A DNA stretch of 64,000 nt from Octopus sinensis (GCF_006345805.1 NC_043013.1:29822001-29886000); one strand, 5' to 3'. Positions 1 through 14,020 are shown, counted from the first letter of the stretch. Made by a program: numbers and translations. Notes: a model not told the origin generated them from the sequence alone.

Positions 1-59
1 CGATTCCTCCATGGTGTTGTTAGGCATTTATAATAAAATAAATATATACAATTTATAAA

Positions 60-157
60 CAAAAAATATACAGTACAGTACTTTTTCTCCTTCGTGGATT
101 TTCACCTATCGCGTGAGATTTTGGAACGTAACTCCCGCGATAGTGGAGGCAACGACT
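60..157. mobile_element. Possible terminal remnant of a pogo/Tigger-like DNA transposon
   Basis: Motif ttcgtggattttcacctatcgcg...ggaacgtaactcccgcgata...gagg resembles pogo/Tigger-type element ends; partner end not in window. Confidence 0.3.
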
Positions 158-369
158 TAATAGTCGTTGGAATATGGAATAGCGCGCTTTGCTATTTTTT
201 TCTCCTCCTACACTTTGCGATCTGAGTTCTAGTGTCACCGAAGTCAACTTACCTTTTCTTTTCGGAATTAATAAAATGTTTGCCAATCATGGGCTGTGGA
301 TTGCTAGAAATTTTAGAAGTCAAGAAAAATTCTTTGTGGTAGTTGTTATATCTTTTTTAATTTTGACAG

Positions 370-526
370 CAACACCTGCAACAAAACTTGTAACAAGATG
401 CATTGGCTTAAGTCGGCGACCTTTCCCTACGTTGAACATCGATTGCATGAAGAAGGGTGTATGTATGGACAACTTCCTGGGTCCACCAAAAATATCTTAT
501 ACAGCCCTGCACGTACATGCGCAAAG
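370..526 (+). CDS. Candidate orphan internal exon, unknown product (NTCNKTCNKMHWLKSATFPYVEHRLHEEGCMYGQLPGSTKNILYSPARTCAK)
   Basis: Pyrimidine-rich acceptor ttttaattttgacAG (AG 368-369), 52 open codons, donor AAG|GTATAA at 527; no family recognised. Confidence 0.2.
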
Positions 527-2801
527 GTATAATCAGCTTTGACTGACGAAGGTTCTATCTTCATGATGGCGACTTCTGTTAATAATATTTTAATGCAGTG
601 TATGAAGGTCACATATCTCTGAAGATTTGATAATGAATTTTGATTATGAAAATTTGCATTAAATAACTAATAATGATTCTTAAGGAAACATACGTAATAT
701 GGTGTTATTAAATATTTTATAAACGATCTCTCATACTTTGTTTTGTTACGCACACACACACATATATAAAATGCTGAGACACTGCGATGCACACACCTAT
801 GTAAACACCATTGTGAAATAGATATACATATGGTTACGTTTTGATTGTTGTTTCACAACACATAACATCCATCGCTTACTGTAGGTGTATTTCAGGTCAG
901 AGAATAAATGCCGTAATCATTTTGTTTCTAATGTGAAATAATACAAAGATGAAAATAGATATTTGAGAATGTTCTGTAAAGAATGAAGTTCAATCAAGAG
1001 CAATGTTGTTTTCGAACAAAGGATCAAGTAATGCTTAGTTAAAGAATTCCGGATTAATAAATGAGGAGGGTTATCGCAACTTAGGCAAGTAAATTTATTC
1101 AAATGGAAATAGACAGATAAGAGTCAGTGTTAGTAACCCTACAAGAGATAAAATGAATATTATGGCAAGTCAAATCTTAAATCCATTAAATGAAGAAAAA
1201 CAAATACTTGCCAGAAGATAGTTTTGTATTTGAATTACTTTAGAGGAGAGAAAACCAAATTACTTAGGCTTAAAGTAAAGTGACGATTATTTCAAACATA
1301 ATGTTTGGATGAATCGAATCATGCATACGTTAATATGAATCATTAGATTTCAAGTTTACAAAATCTCTTTTTTTTCTTCTTTTTCTTAAAGTTTACAAAA
1401 TCTCTTGCGAAATAAAACTAGCCTTAACTTAAATATGAGGTTTTCGGTGCTTCCTGCTAAAGATAAGTTAAATTTGAATACCGACTAAGACTGAAAATTG
1501 CTGTTTATGTGGGTTTAAAAGAATGGAATCTGTTTCACAGACAGTTTGAGAGAAGCTTCACCCTATTCTCCATGCTTTTGCACGTGTATTTTATAAATAG
1601 TAATAAAATTTTGATTTTTGTCTAATTTCCATACCCTGGCTTCAGGAAAAGATTGGGAATTTATGCGAAAAATAATGCAACAACTCTTAATTTTTTATTT
1701 GTTATGGGTACATATTTATATTGTCAACCTAAAGGTGGCTACAGACGACACAAAGGACACGCATGAAAGAGAATCAGAAGAGGTAACCCAGGGCAGACTA
1801 TTTTCTAATTATTATATATTGTTGGAGGACTTTCCATTAAGTCATTTGTAGAGACATCTATACAACGTTTAGCTTTTTACAATTATTTTTTGTTCATTCT
1901 TAGATTAATCCTAAAACGTTTAAAATTATGAACTTCTAACATTAGAGCAATAACACTGATTTTAGAGGGAAAAGAAAAACAAATGTTGATTAAATCGACT
2001 ACCATACTTACTTGCTACTTAACTTTGACGTTCGGAAATGAAAAACAAAGCTGACTCAACAAAATCTGAACGTAAAAATATACAGAAACATAACTAAATA
2101 TTTTCAAGGTATTTTTATGCGGTGTTTTACTCGTTCTGCAAGTAAACTACTCCAGGAAAGGTTTTAATATATTCACAAGCACATACGTTTCGAAGATGAG
2201 TATATAGATCACAGTATCGGAAATTCTCAATCAGTTCCCGTGATAAAAAATCTGCTTCGGTAGGAGTTAAAGTCAGAACTTAAATCGTATGGAAATTCTA
2301 TTCGTTGCTAAACCAGTTCCACGTTGCACTATGCTTAAAGTAATTTTATCAGATTAAAAAAAGAGCATATTTATTCAAAACATCTTTTGATTAAGTTGAT
2401 GTTTTATAAACTTTATTTAAGCAAATTTGCATTTACAAACGAAATACACGGCTGTCAAATGGTCCGGTTCATATAGCTGTATGTAATGTAAGGTAGGAAG
2501 AAGTCACTGCTCTAGGCAATTGTGGCGTTATGAATTTGTTCAGCTCACAATGCAGAGTTCACCTTTTCTATATTTGTGTGCATGTGTGTGTTGTGTGTGT
2601 GTGCGTGCTTGTGTGTTTGAGAGGTAGACAGATAGATAAATGAATAGAGAGACAGTGTGTGTGTGTGTGAGGGAGAGAGAAGAGAACAAATAAATGGAAT
2701 ATTAGCATATGTCAGCATATCTGTGTCTCGCTGGAAGGTATTGCAAACTCGACAAAGTCTTGTTTAAGAACATCGGTTCGCATCTACGTAGTTCCTGTGT
2801 G

Positions 2802-2871
<70 letters not shown>

Positions 2872-2909
2872 GTGTGTATGTATATGTATGTATATATGTA
2901 TATGTATAA

Positions 2910-3137
2910 GGAGCACTCCGTCGGTTACAACGACGAGGGTCTCAACTGATTCGATCAACGGAACAGCCTGCTCGTGAAATTAACGTGCAAGTGACTGAGC
3001 AATCCACAGATACGCGTACCTCTAACGTAGTTCTCAGGGAGATTCAGCGTGACACAGAGCGTGACAGCGCCGGCACTTTGAAATACAGGTACAGTTCATG
3101 TTTGCCAGCTGAGCGGACTGGAGCAACGTAAAATAAG
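2910..3137 (-). mobile_element. 3' part of a tRNA-derived SINE
   Basis: Contains gccagctgagcggactggagcaacg, reverse complement of the ctccagtccactcagctgg core of the copy at 12681-12835. Confidence 0.6.
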
Positions 3138-3747
3138 GAATATCTCTCATGAGGTGTTGAGGTTTAATATTTAAATCAATATAATGAAAAAAAAATTAAA
3201 GACAAAGTTTGGTGATAAGAATGACATAAGTCACATACTGGTTAGTAGTATAACTGTTAGAATTGTGAGAGCAAAATACAAAGATATAACTTAACTGATT
3301 GGTACATTATTTCATACAACTCGCTTTCTTGTATCCATATTTATGGCGCCTTCATCATTCAATGCAACTAATAGAAAATAGTTATGTACCTGAAGCGCAT
3401 TGCTGTCTACAAATATCTTTGTATATCGTAGATGTTAGCAAACAGAATATGTGGATTAGACATTAAGTAGATACAAATAATATATGATTGTCAAATAACC
3501 AATAAACCGAACAATAATTAAACGCTTGTTCAAATTCTATCTTATACTTCTGCGTAATTGCCGTTGTATATATTCGCTCATTCTGTACCCCAGTACTCGT
3601 TATATACTCACATAAACTCTCACACTCATAAACTGTAACCTCGTGTAGCTAAAACCAGTCGGCACATATAATTAGTATTTTTCGTCAGTTTGTTTTTATT
3701 AACTCATATTTTACGCACACACGCGCACACAAACACACATATTTATA

Positions 3748-3786
<39 letters not shown>

Positions 3787-5059
3787 GCCTGTGTATATGT
3801 ATGTGTGTATGTATGTGGAGAGTGTTTATGCGCGTATTTCTTTCGCCATTGTATATCAGTGTTCCCACAGCATAATGAAACTAAATTAAAATAAATAATA
3901 TACGTTATGCAAAAATAGTCACAGAACGTAGTTGAAACTTTCCCCAGTATGAAAAGAAATCTCAGACGTAAATTAAGAAAGCTGAGTTGTATTAGGCTGA
4001 TGCTCTTTTGTAAAGAACTGTTTGAAAATGCCGAGTTAAAAGAAAATGTATTGGACAAGCTAATTAAATTTTCCTGATTTTATGATTTTCTGAAGTCGCA
4101 ATAAATGAATCAATAGCAGACCGAGTCAACTATTCTAGTTTTAGAAAGTTCGTATCTTGTCAGTAGAATGAAATGATTGCGGTGGTTAGTATACATATTT
4201 CATTTTCAATGGCGCCGATTTCAAGTAGATAGCTTTGTACATGAAATGAAATATTAGCCGAAATGAAACAAATGTAACTCTTACTCTATGATACTCGATT
4301 CTAAATAGGGAAACCAAGATTTCAATGTGACCATTGTTAGAAATGTCCCCTTGATAAATAGATTTTAGTAAAACTGAAGACAGTAATGGTAAATTCTGCT
4401 AGTTTAATAGCTGTCACGGTTATGCTATAAATAGGGTTACAGGAGTAACCTTTATCAGTGAAATTGCTGCACTTTTTTAGCGTTAACTATATGAAAAGTG
4501 CTGTTAACCTAGCTGCAAACAGACAACATAAATATTCCACCAAAATTGATGCAAAGGTCAATACATAAATTTCAAGGAGATAATACAAAGTTAATTCTGG
4601 TGGATTTAACTTCAGAACGCTGAGAAGCATGCCTAAGTATCCCCAGCTATTTTTGTGTGACGTTCTGCTGATTTTGTACTTCACGTTTTTTAGCCAAAGG
4701 ATTATATTGATTTTTCAATTTAGCTTAAGAAAATGAATTTACTGAAAAAAAAAGGAATCTTTATGTGGGTTTTGTAGATTAGCATTACAGGCATATCCGA
4801 AAGTTTTACTAACGCGAGAGCAACAGCACTGCTTTCAAAAAATTCCTTGATTGTTATAGGAGAGTTGGTTTTCAGAGAGATGGCAACAGTGGGAGAAACA
4901 TGAAAAGTTGTGAGTTCTGGCTTATCGAAGATGATAAATTTAGAGAAGGATGAAGTGAGACATATGTCCTCGAAGCAAAGATAATGCATGGTTAATCCAA
5001 AACAATGAGAATAAATAAGCATTATATTGAACTGAGTAATCTGAATGCTAAAGGGTTAA

Positions 5060-5272
5060 GGTGGTGAGATGGCAGATTCTTTCGTAGGCTGGGCAAAGTA
5101 TTTAGTGGCATTTCGTACGACTTTATGCTCTGAATTCAAATGTTAGCGAGGTCAACTTTACCTTTCATCCTTTCAAGGTAGATAAAATAAGCACCAGTTG
5201 AGTACTGGAGGTCGATATAATCGACGTACCTCCTCCCTCGAAATTGCTGACCATGTGCCAAAATTTGTAGCC
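5060..5272 (+). mobile_element. SINE family A, diverged copy
   Basis: Aligns by eye with 35325-35559: ggtggtgagatggcag head, gaattcaaat B-box, cctttcatcctttc core. Confidence 0.7.
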
Positions 5273-6777
5273 GAAATAAGAAATAGTTATTCGCATGAAC
5301 GAAGAATCGTTGTTAAAATTATTATAGGTTTTTCGTTATAGCTTACCCATCTCCAGTGACAGGAACGCCAGACTCTTGTAGGGTTAAAGTCAAGGCACTA
5401 CTTAGTTTTAGTTGAATATACTGAAATTATGTGAAATGAAGTGACTTGCTCAAGATAACTACTTACCGGTATAGACTCTATTACCTAATGATCGTGATAC
5501 CATTATCCTAGTCACTATGTTGCGTTCCTTAATCGGTGGAGAAACATATTTTGCTATTTTCACACCGTGGGCCAGTTCTGAATATTTGCAAAAAAGAAAA
5601 GTCAAAGTATCTAAATACCTAAGAAGTAGTTTGCGGTGTTAATCTTTGTAACGGATTAAGTTTATAACTCAAGAACGGGTATAGTTTATCCAATGGGCTT
5701 CTGTGTTCTTTCCTGCTATTCAATTTCACTGTCACAGTTTGGTTCGATCTAAAGTTATAAAAAAAAACATTTCCTCTAAAGGGCTGTACTAAAGGATCTT
5801 ACTGCTGAACCATGTAATTGCTAAATACAGAATGAGAGCAAATCTGATCGATATTTAAAGAAATTTGCTTTACTATAGGCAATTAAAGTATGTTCCAAAG
5901 TTGCATAGCAAAAATGGTGAACTGTTCGTAACACATTAAAATTTCCACAAGCATGATTAAAAGAAAAATTTTACAAGAATATTTTTTTAAATGGAAACTT
6001 GTCATTAGTGAAATAGGAAATTATTTATGTCTTTAGCTGAAAAAGAACGCACTTGAGAGGAAAAATACCCGGTAGGAAACCATACGAAGTGTAATAAATT
6101 CCAACAAAACTATTAGAAAATTAGAATTAATTAAAATATTGAAATGAAAACGAAGATATTGCTTTGGGAATTTGCACAAGTGAATATATAAAATCTAGTT
6201 ATTTTTAATCCATAAATCACCACTAATTTCACGAATCTTTCTATGTCAAAAACAAAATATCTATACAGCATAACTAAACAGAAATGTGAACTGAAAATAT
6301 CATTTGGATGAGCGCATGTAAAAACCATTTATTTATTTCAGATTTCGTTATTAGTATCCTGATTTGCTTCTGTGCATTAATCGTAGGCAAACTTTTAATT
6401 TTCTTTAGAAAAATTATTGTTATATTTTCAGCAATAATTATATGCTAATTCATTAAAAGATTTTCGTATTACAATATTTCATTTCTTACAATTTTTAAAA
6501 TCGTTATAACATAAATAGTATGCTTCTTGTTTTCTTTCTAAGTATCCTTTTGATTAGCAAATATTTTAACGAATTCTATCCGATGCTCTAACAACTCAAT
6601 AATCATCCAAGTGATTGCATCTTGTTGAAGATGGCGTAAACGTTCGGCTAAATTACAACACAAATTGTTTTGAAAAAAAGGACGTTCCCGCGTGAGATCA
6701 CATCATAACCTAATTGATTCCTTGAAGCAATGGTTTCGCTTCAGAAGTAAACTGTTGGTCCTATAGATGATGCAACG

Positions 6778-6816
6778 TTCTTCTTCTTCTTCTTCTTCTT
6801 CTTCTTCTTCTTCTTC
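6778..6816. repeat. (TTC)13 microsatellite
   Basis: Direct reading. Confidence 0.95.
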
Positions 6817-7489
6817 TGTAAGATTTGGCAAATTCGGTTTAAACAGATCGAAGATATTCCAACCAATGGTTACTTCGCCTGTTTTTTTACAAGTTGCAAA
6901 CTGCATTTTCTAATGTCTCCTTCCTTTATCTAAAGCGGTATGATGCATGTTTTGATATAAATGCAATGCATTAGATTACATGAATATTTCAAAATATGCT
7001 ACTGAATATATAGCAATCATTTCTTTCACTCTGTGAAGGAATGTAAAGATAGAAAAATGATTACCAATAGTTGTTCTAAAAAAAATTAAACCACCTATTA
7101 AAAAGGTGTTTTGCATTATCTTTCAGCTGTTCTAGTAATAAATATTTTACTTTTAATTGGTCAGCTATTGGGCCAGTAATTCTATTGTAAAGAAATTATG
7201 ATGTTTTGAGTTAATAGATTTATTTATTCTAATATCGTTTAATTTGAATTGCTGCATCAATACCAGTTTTTCTTCGCCTTGTCGTAAAACACTGATAAGT
7301 AGTTCACCTTGTTTTGAAGCCAGGTTCAAGTGTTACATAGTCGTTCTTAGCAATACACAATGAGAAGTATTTTAATCTGAAAAATGTTAAATAAGACATC
7401 AGCAAAAAAGAAAAAAAATATTGGTTAATACTTTCAAGAAAACCATGATTTTGGGTTCTGTTAAATTATGGAAAAATCTAATTGCAGAA

Positions 7490-7612
7490 TTTAAAGTGGT
7501 CTTACCCTATGCTTCCGGGTCTATAGCAGAAGATACTTGCTCAAGGTGCGACGCCGCGGGACTGAACCTGGAACCATATGATTGAGAACCAAATTTCTTA
7601 TCACACAGCCGT
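7490..7612 (-). mobile_element. SINE family B, 5' fragment
   Basis: ctatagcagaagatacttgctcaaggtgcg...gggactgaacc...cttatcacacagcc matches the reverse complement of the 11027-11441 head. Confidence 0.7.
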
Positions 7613-8389
7613 GAATAGTCTGACACTTTCGACGTTTCCTCCGTAGAAATAGCAGAAAATTTACCCTGCTTAAGTTAATTTTCTATTTTATTCCACGTAA
7701 CATTTTCAATCGCATTGATCGAGTCATTTTGAATTCTCTTTGAGGCCCGAGAAAACAGAAAGTATTTCTAGATGGCATACCTATTTTTACTATTATAATT
7801 TCTGGTTAAATGTAAGTTATTTATAAATTCCAGCCATCATTGAATGCTTCGGATTCAAATGACTCCGAAATGATAATTCATGGTAACCTACAACGATAAC
7901 TACATCAGCCAATTCCTGTAAAATGGCTCTACTTCGATAAACTGCTTTGTTATGCTGCTATATGCTCTACCATTATTCTAACACATCAAAGTGTAAATCT
8001 ATGCAAGTATTGCTAACCATTTTAAGAATTTTGTATGTCTTTGAAGGCCTTCATATTTAAATCGTTATAACCTTTGTCAATTCGAACAATTTTTTTTCCT
8101 AAACAAAATGGCAGGCATTACTAGCAAAAGAAATGATTTTACCTAGCACATGAAGTTAACCATTTTTCTATCTCGAATATATTAGAAAATATCTAATACA
8201 TTTCTTGCAAGAGCCTTGCAAATTAGACAATTTGTTCTTTGTCTATCGTAATGTATAATTATATGTTACCCTAAAATGACTTTTTCTGAAAAAATATCTT
8301 TCGAAAAGTCCTGTGGAACAATCATTCTAGTAATTTGGAATAATATTTCGAAAGTTTAAAAAATATACGAGAAGCAAATAAAAGTGGAA

Positions 8390-8760
8390 GCGCACATGCG
8401 CCATATTGTCTGGTTGAGTGTCCCTATGTGTCTGTGAGTGAAGTTATTTGAGTGTGAGCGACGCCATGAACGTTTTTGTGCGGGTGTATGTGTGAATGAT
8501 TTAGTGTGCATGTGTATATTTTCCGCGAATTGAAACGGGGTACGCTAAAAGTCAAAAGCAAACCTGTAAAGTTTATTAGATAAAGACAGCAACGGAAGGG
8601 AAAATAACACTATTTTTTCATCGAGCAGAATATAAAATCTTTGTGTTTACTGCAGAGAGGAGCTACGTGCATTTTCAGAATTGTGTGTCATACGACGATA
8701 TTTTACGGAAATATAAATGACGTCATTACGGAGAATTTTTTTCTATGGCCGCACTAATGC
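8390..8760. promoter_or_regulatory. Candidate promoter/enhancer: CpG-enriched patch with NRF1-like, YY1-like and CRE motifs
   Basis: gcgcacatgcgc 8390-8401, cgccatatt 8399-8407, TGACGTCA 8718-8725 within palindrome aatgacgtcatt; visibly more CpG than the flanks. Confidence 0.3.
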
Positions 8761-8975
8761 AATATATTTGTTGTTTCTGAGATGAAAGAACATCATTGCG
8801 CTGTAGAATAGAGAAAGTTCCTTCCTTAGATCTACTCTCACAAAAATTAACTAATTCCATTTCCAATGAATTTCACTACTCTTCAACCTACTTAGTGAAA
8901 ATTACTGCTTGAATTAGTTTTTGGATCTTGAAAGAACCAAGGGTCATATAGTGCATAACTTGCATGTCTGGAATA

Positions 8976-9156
8976 ATGGCGATGACAAACACACACACAC
9001 ACACATATACACACATGTATGTATATCAGTATGTGCTGTTACACACACACATACACATACATGTATGTATATTTGCATGTGCTGTTACACACGCATACAC
9101 ACTCACACACACTCATACTTATGTATATTTATATAGTATTTATAATTCTATCCGAG

Positions 9157-9229
<73 letters not shown>

Positions 9230-9345
9230 AAGTTAATTGTACATATATATGTATATGTACAATATATATGTACATATATATATTTATATATATGTATGAA
9301 GGTATATTAACTATATATGAATGTATATATACATATATATGTATG

Positions 9346-9396
<51 letters not shown>

Positions 9397-9606
9397 TATA
9401 TAATATATATATATACATATACATATATAAATATATATAATGGAGATGACAAACACAGACACATGTATGTATATCAGTATGTGCTGTTACACACACACAT
9501 ACACATACATGTATGTATATCTGCATGTGCTGTTACACACGCATACACACTCACACACACTCATACTTATGTATATTTATATAGCATTTATAATTTTATC
9601 CGAGAA

Positions 9607-9643
<37 letters not shown>

Positions 9644-9766
9644 GTATAAGTTAATTGTACATATATATGTATATGTACATATATATGTACATATATATAT
9701 TTATATATATGTATGAAGGTATATTAACTATATATGAATGTATATATACATATATATGTATGAATA

Positions 9767-9861
<95 letters not shown>

Positions 9862-10141
9862 AATATATATAATGGAGATGACAAACACAGACACATGTAT
9901 GTATATCAGTATGTGCTGTTACACACACACATACACATACATGTATGTATATCTCCATGTGCTGTTACACATGCATACACACTCACACACACTCATACTT
10001 ATGTATATTTATATAGTATTTATAATTTTTTCCGTTGTACATATATATGTATATGTACAATATATATGTACATATATATATTTATATATATGTATGAAGG
10101 TATATTAAATATATATGAATGTATATATACATATATATGTA

Positions 10142-10189
<48 letters not shown>

Positions 10190-10200
10190 TATATATACAC
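8976..10200. repeat. Tandem triplication of a microsatellite-rich unit
   Basis: atgg(c/a)gatgacaaacac starts at 8976, 9440 and 9872 (periods 464 and 432 bp; difference lies mainly in (TA)n length). Confidence 0.9.
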
Positions 10201-10325
10201 ACACACACATATATATATACATATATACATAAATCAAAGTAGAAAACAACAAACGGAAATCATACATATGTGTGTGTGTATATATATATTTGTTTGTATA
10301 TATATTTGTATGTTTGTATATATAA

Positions 10326-10389
<64 letters not shown>

Positions 10390-10465
10390 CCACAAACATA
10401 CGTATGCCTATATATATATGTGTGTATTTTGTGTGTATGCGTGAATTTAGATCTCTCTCTCTCTC

Positions 10466-10498
<33 letters not shown>

Positions 10499-11026
10499 TT
10501 ATGCACGTATGGTTGATGCGCTATCATAACGGTTTCGTATGGAACCGAATACTGAATTACCCACTTATTCAAGTAGTAGAGTTAGTTCAGTATAAATATA
10601 GGCACGTGTTCCATTTACGTAATTCTCAAATAGAATCAGCATGATAAGGCGGAAATTTGGAACACAGGCACAGTTGATCCGACAAGCTTCATTATAATTT
10701 CCATCTTTTCAATTGCATATTAAATATTTCGGTCTAGTGAAGTAAAACACTTGGTCAAAATGCCTCACATTAGCATTGAACGTGAGACCACGTGTTTGTG
10801 ACGTTGTGACGTGAACATATTACCCTCGTCCTCATGCATGCGTTTATGATAGATAAAGATTGACATTCGTACATATGCACACATACATACATACATACAT
10901 TCATTCATACATACATACATACATACATACATACATACATACATACATACATACATACATACAAGCACACACACATATTCATATACCTCACAAATTATTT
11001 AGGAAAAAGAGGACACAATTAATGCA

Positions 11027-11441
11027 TAGGAGTGGCTGTGTGGTAAGTAGCTTGCTTACGAACTACCTGGTTCAGTGTTCATTCCCACTGCGTGGCGCCT
11101 TGGCCAAGTGTCTTCTACTATAGCCTCGGTCAGACCATAGCCTCGTGAGTGGATTTGGTAGACGGAAACTGAAAGAAGCCCGTTTTATATATGTATATAT
11201 ATATATGTATGTGTGTGTATATGTTTCTGTGTCTGTGTTTGTTCCCCCAACATCGCTTGACAACCGAAGCTGGTGTGTTTACGTCCCCGTAACTTCGCGG
11301 TTCGGCTAAAGAGACCGATAGAATAAGTACTAGGCATCCAAAGAATAAGTCCTAGGGTCGATTTGCTCGACTAAAAGCGGTACACCAGCATGGCCGCAGT
11401 CAAATGACTGAAGCAAGTAAAATAATGAAAGAGTAAAGAGA
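11027..11441 (+). mobile_element. SINE family B, full-length
   Basis: agtggctgtgtggtaag A-box-like head, ggttcag...cccactg B-box region, central (TA/TG) tract, gtcaaatgactgaagcaagtaaaa tail; repeated many times in window. Confidence 0.85.
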
Positions 11442-11601
11442 GTCAGTCAAGCGAAAACTCGTGTAGAAATATGTAACAAAAAAAGCGTAGAAGTATATAG
11501 CAAAAGAGCAACAGTCAAACATCTGTACCATTGAAATAATCTGGCAAGGAAGAAAGCCGTGAGAATCTAACGCTTCGGTGTTCTACGTCCTTTATAAAAC
11601 A

Positions 11602-11770
<169 letters not shown>

Positions 11771-11774
11771 ATAA

Positions 11775-12074
11775 GTGGAGGCGCAATGGCGTAGTGGGTA
11801 GGGCAGCGGACTCGCGGTCAGAGGATCGCGGTTTCGATTCCCAAACCGGGCGTTGTGTGTGTTTATTGAGCGAAAACACCTAAAGCTCCACGATGCTCCG
11901 GCATGGGGTGGTGGCGACCCCTGTTGTACTTTTTCGCCCCAACTTTCTCTCACACTCTCTTCCTGTTTCTTGAGTAACGCTGCGATGGACTGGGGGGGGG
12001 GCATACGCCACAGAAACCAAGAAAACGGGCCCATGAGCCTGGCTAGGCTTGAAAAGGGTGCATAAATAAATAAA
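11775..12074 (+). mobile_element. SINE family C (tRNA-like head)
   Basis: tggcgtagtgg A-box, ggtttcgattcc B-box, head shared with 46019-46293; (taaa)n tail. Confidence 0.8.
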
Positions 12075-12680
12075 TACTATACTAATAAAATTGGTTTGAC
12101 GTGTCAGTCTGCTATAGTCACTACACCCACCTCCTACCTCAATTAGCCCTACAAGGATTTTAGCGTTCCAATAAATAATAAATAAATGAAAAATATGACG
12201 CTGATTGTCTACTGGTGTATGTGTGTGTATGTGTGCGTGTAACTGTATGAGAGAGCGTTTGAGTGTGTTTGTATGTCTAAGCGAAACTGTATGAGACTCA
12301 GTGTGTGTGTGTGCGTGGGTGCGCGCGCTCGTAACTGTATAGGACTGCGTGTGGGCACGTGTGTGCGTGCCTGTATAAGACTGCGTGTTTATGTGCGTGT
12401 GCATAACTGTATGCGATGATGTGTGTGTGTGTGTGTGAAACAATAACTGAATGTATATGTTGGTATCTGTATGTTTAACATACAGACTGCGCGTGTGTGT
12501 GTGTGTGTGTGTGTGAGTTCTTATCTGTGTACATTTGTGTAACAATATAAGACTGCAATTGTCTGCTGATATCTGTGCATATGTGTGTTTATGAATGTAT
12601 GTATGTGTGTATGTATAAAGCGAATAGACTGTGTGTATGTGTACGTAAGAATATGTGACAGTTTTTGGGTGTGTTTCTGC

Positions 12681-12835
12681 TGGCACGTGGCTTAGAAGTT
12701 AGGGTATTCGGCTCACTCCCGATCGTGAATTCGAAAACTAGCGGCGCATTGTTACACGGTACTCCTCCAGTCCACTCAGCTGGTAAAAGTGAGTTGTAAC
12801 TGTAATTCACAAGAGTCAGCCTTGTAAAAGAATAA
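12681..12835 (+). mobile_element. Degenerate tRNA-derived SINE
   Basis: tggcttagaagtt head, gaattcgaaaac B-box-like, ctccagtccactcagctgg core. Confidence 0.55.
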
Positions 12836-12904
12836 CGAATGGCCGGCTCTCTATCAGTCTGTCTGTATGCCTGTCTCTGTCTATCTCTCATTCTCTCCCT
12901 CTCT

Positions 12905-13100
12905 GTCTGTGTCTATTCCTCCGCAATCGGTCGAAAACTGATGTTAGTGTGTTTATGTCCCCCTAACTTAGCGGTTCGGCAAAAGAGTGAATAAGCACTA
13001 GGCTTACAAAGAATAACTCCTGTGGTCGATCTGTTTCACTAAAACCTTTTAAGATGGTGCTCAAGGATGGACGCAGTCCAATGACTGAAACAAGTGAAAA
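12905..13100 (+). mobile_element. SINE family B, 3' half
   Basis: cttagcggttcggcaaaagag...aatgactgaaacaagt matches 11270-11420. Confidence 0.75.
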
Positions 13101-13137
13101 ATTAGAAGAATGAAAGAATGCATGCGTATACATACAT

Positions 13138-13209
<72 letters not shown>

Positions 13210-13266
13210 ATAGCGTTCACAAGAGTGATAATGGTTATGATAATAAGACACCCATTGCAATTTGTC

Positions 13267-13304
<38 letters not shown>

Positions 13305-13316
13305 GTATAAATAATG

Positions 13317-13347
<31 letters not shown>

Positions 13348-13424
13348 ATATATAAATAATATATATATGCATATATACATACATGCACATACCTACATAT
13401 ATATGTATATACACATGCATATAT

Positions 13425-14020
13425 GGGTACAGGACTTCAAAAAACGTGAACAACATGAAAAGCGAGAACATGAAAAAAACAAAAACAAGTAAACGAACAT
13501 TTTTTTCGAACAACGAGAGAAACAAATAGAAAACAAGACAGGCAACATAAAGAATAATCCCTTCATTAGCTGTCCCCTGTTTTATCTACTCCGCATTTCG
13601 AATGTTAGGACAAGATGCGTTTTTGTCAAAACAGTCGTTCCCGCAAAGCAAATTAAATAAAATTTGGGATTTTTGGAGGGTTAAAGTGATAACAAAAACA
13701 GGACAGTAAAGACAAACGGTAAGGGCTGTTAAGCCATAACAAGGTGAAGTGGTGAATGCTGGAGAAACAAGCAAAAATGCGTGTTGTCTCTTGTAGTGCA
13801 AGGAGGAGAAAGAAAGATAGTCGCTGGTCACGTGTGAGCAATGAGAGAGTCAGGGATGAAGAGTGAGGAAGAGTGAGGGAGAAGGGCAGATAGAGAACGG
13901 TGAAGGGGAGGAGAAGAATTAGGGAAATGGTGGGAGAGAAAGAAGAAAGAAAGAAAAAGGGAGGGAGAATAGAGATAGTGATAAGATAGTGATATAAGTG
14001 TCGCATCGGAATTATTAAGA
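13425..14020. repeat. Interspersed repeat fragment with purine-rich tract, possibly Penelope-derived
   Basis: Embedded in (TA)n like the other Penelope-type fragments here; no diagnostic protein motif. Confidence 0.2.

Noticed and set aside
253-303. 51-nt minus-strand exon (NPQPMIGKHFINSEKK) with GTAAGT donor
   Set aside because: Too short to distinguish from chance; no recognisable product
543-600. CTGACGA core (also 3684-3690 and within the Tc1 TIRs)
   Set aside because: No stem II or downstream GAAA, so not a hammerhead
880-973. Minus-strand exon with good AG and GTAAGC sites
   Set aside because: Stops in all three frames; could only be non-coding, with no other support
4860-4909. 50-nt plus-strand exon candidate (ESWFSERWQQWEKHEK) with GTGAGT donor
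   Set aside because: Two open frames, no homology recognised, no linkage to other exons
11775-11850. tRNA gene (also 44557 and 46019)
   Set aside because: A and B boxes present but no closing acceptor stem or terminator; continues into SINE body
11880-12686. 268-aa minus-strand ORF
   Set aside because: Runs through degenerate (TG)n and the antisense of a SINE; no domain signal
13500-13580. Minus-strand CTAATGA...GAAA near-hammerhead
   Set aside because: Core mutated and no pairing stem II
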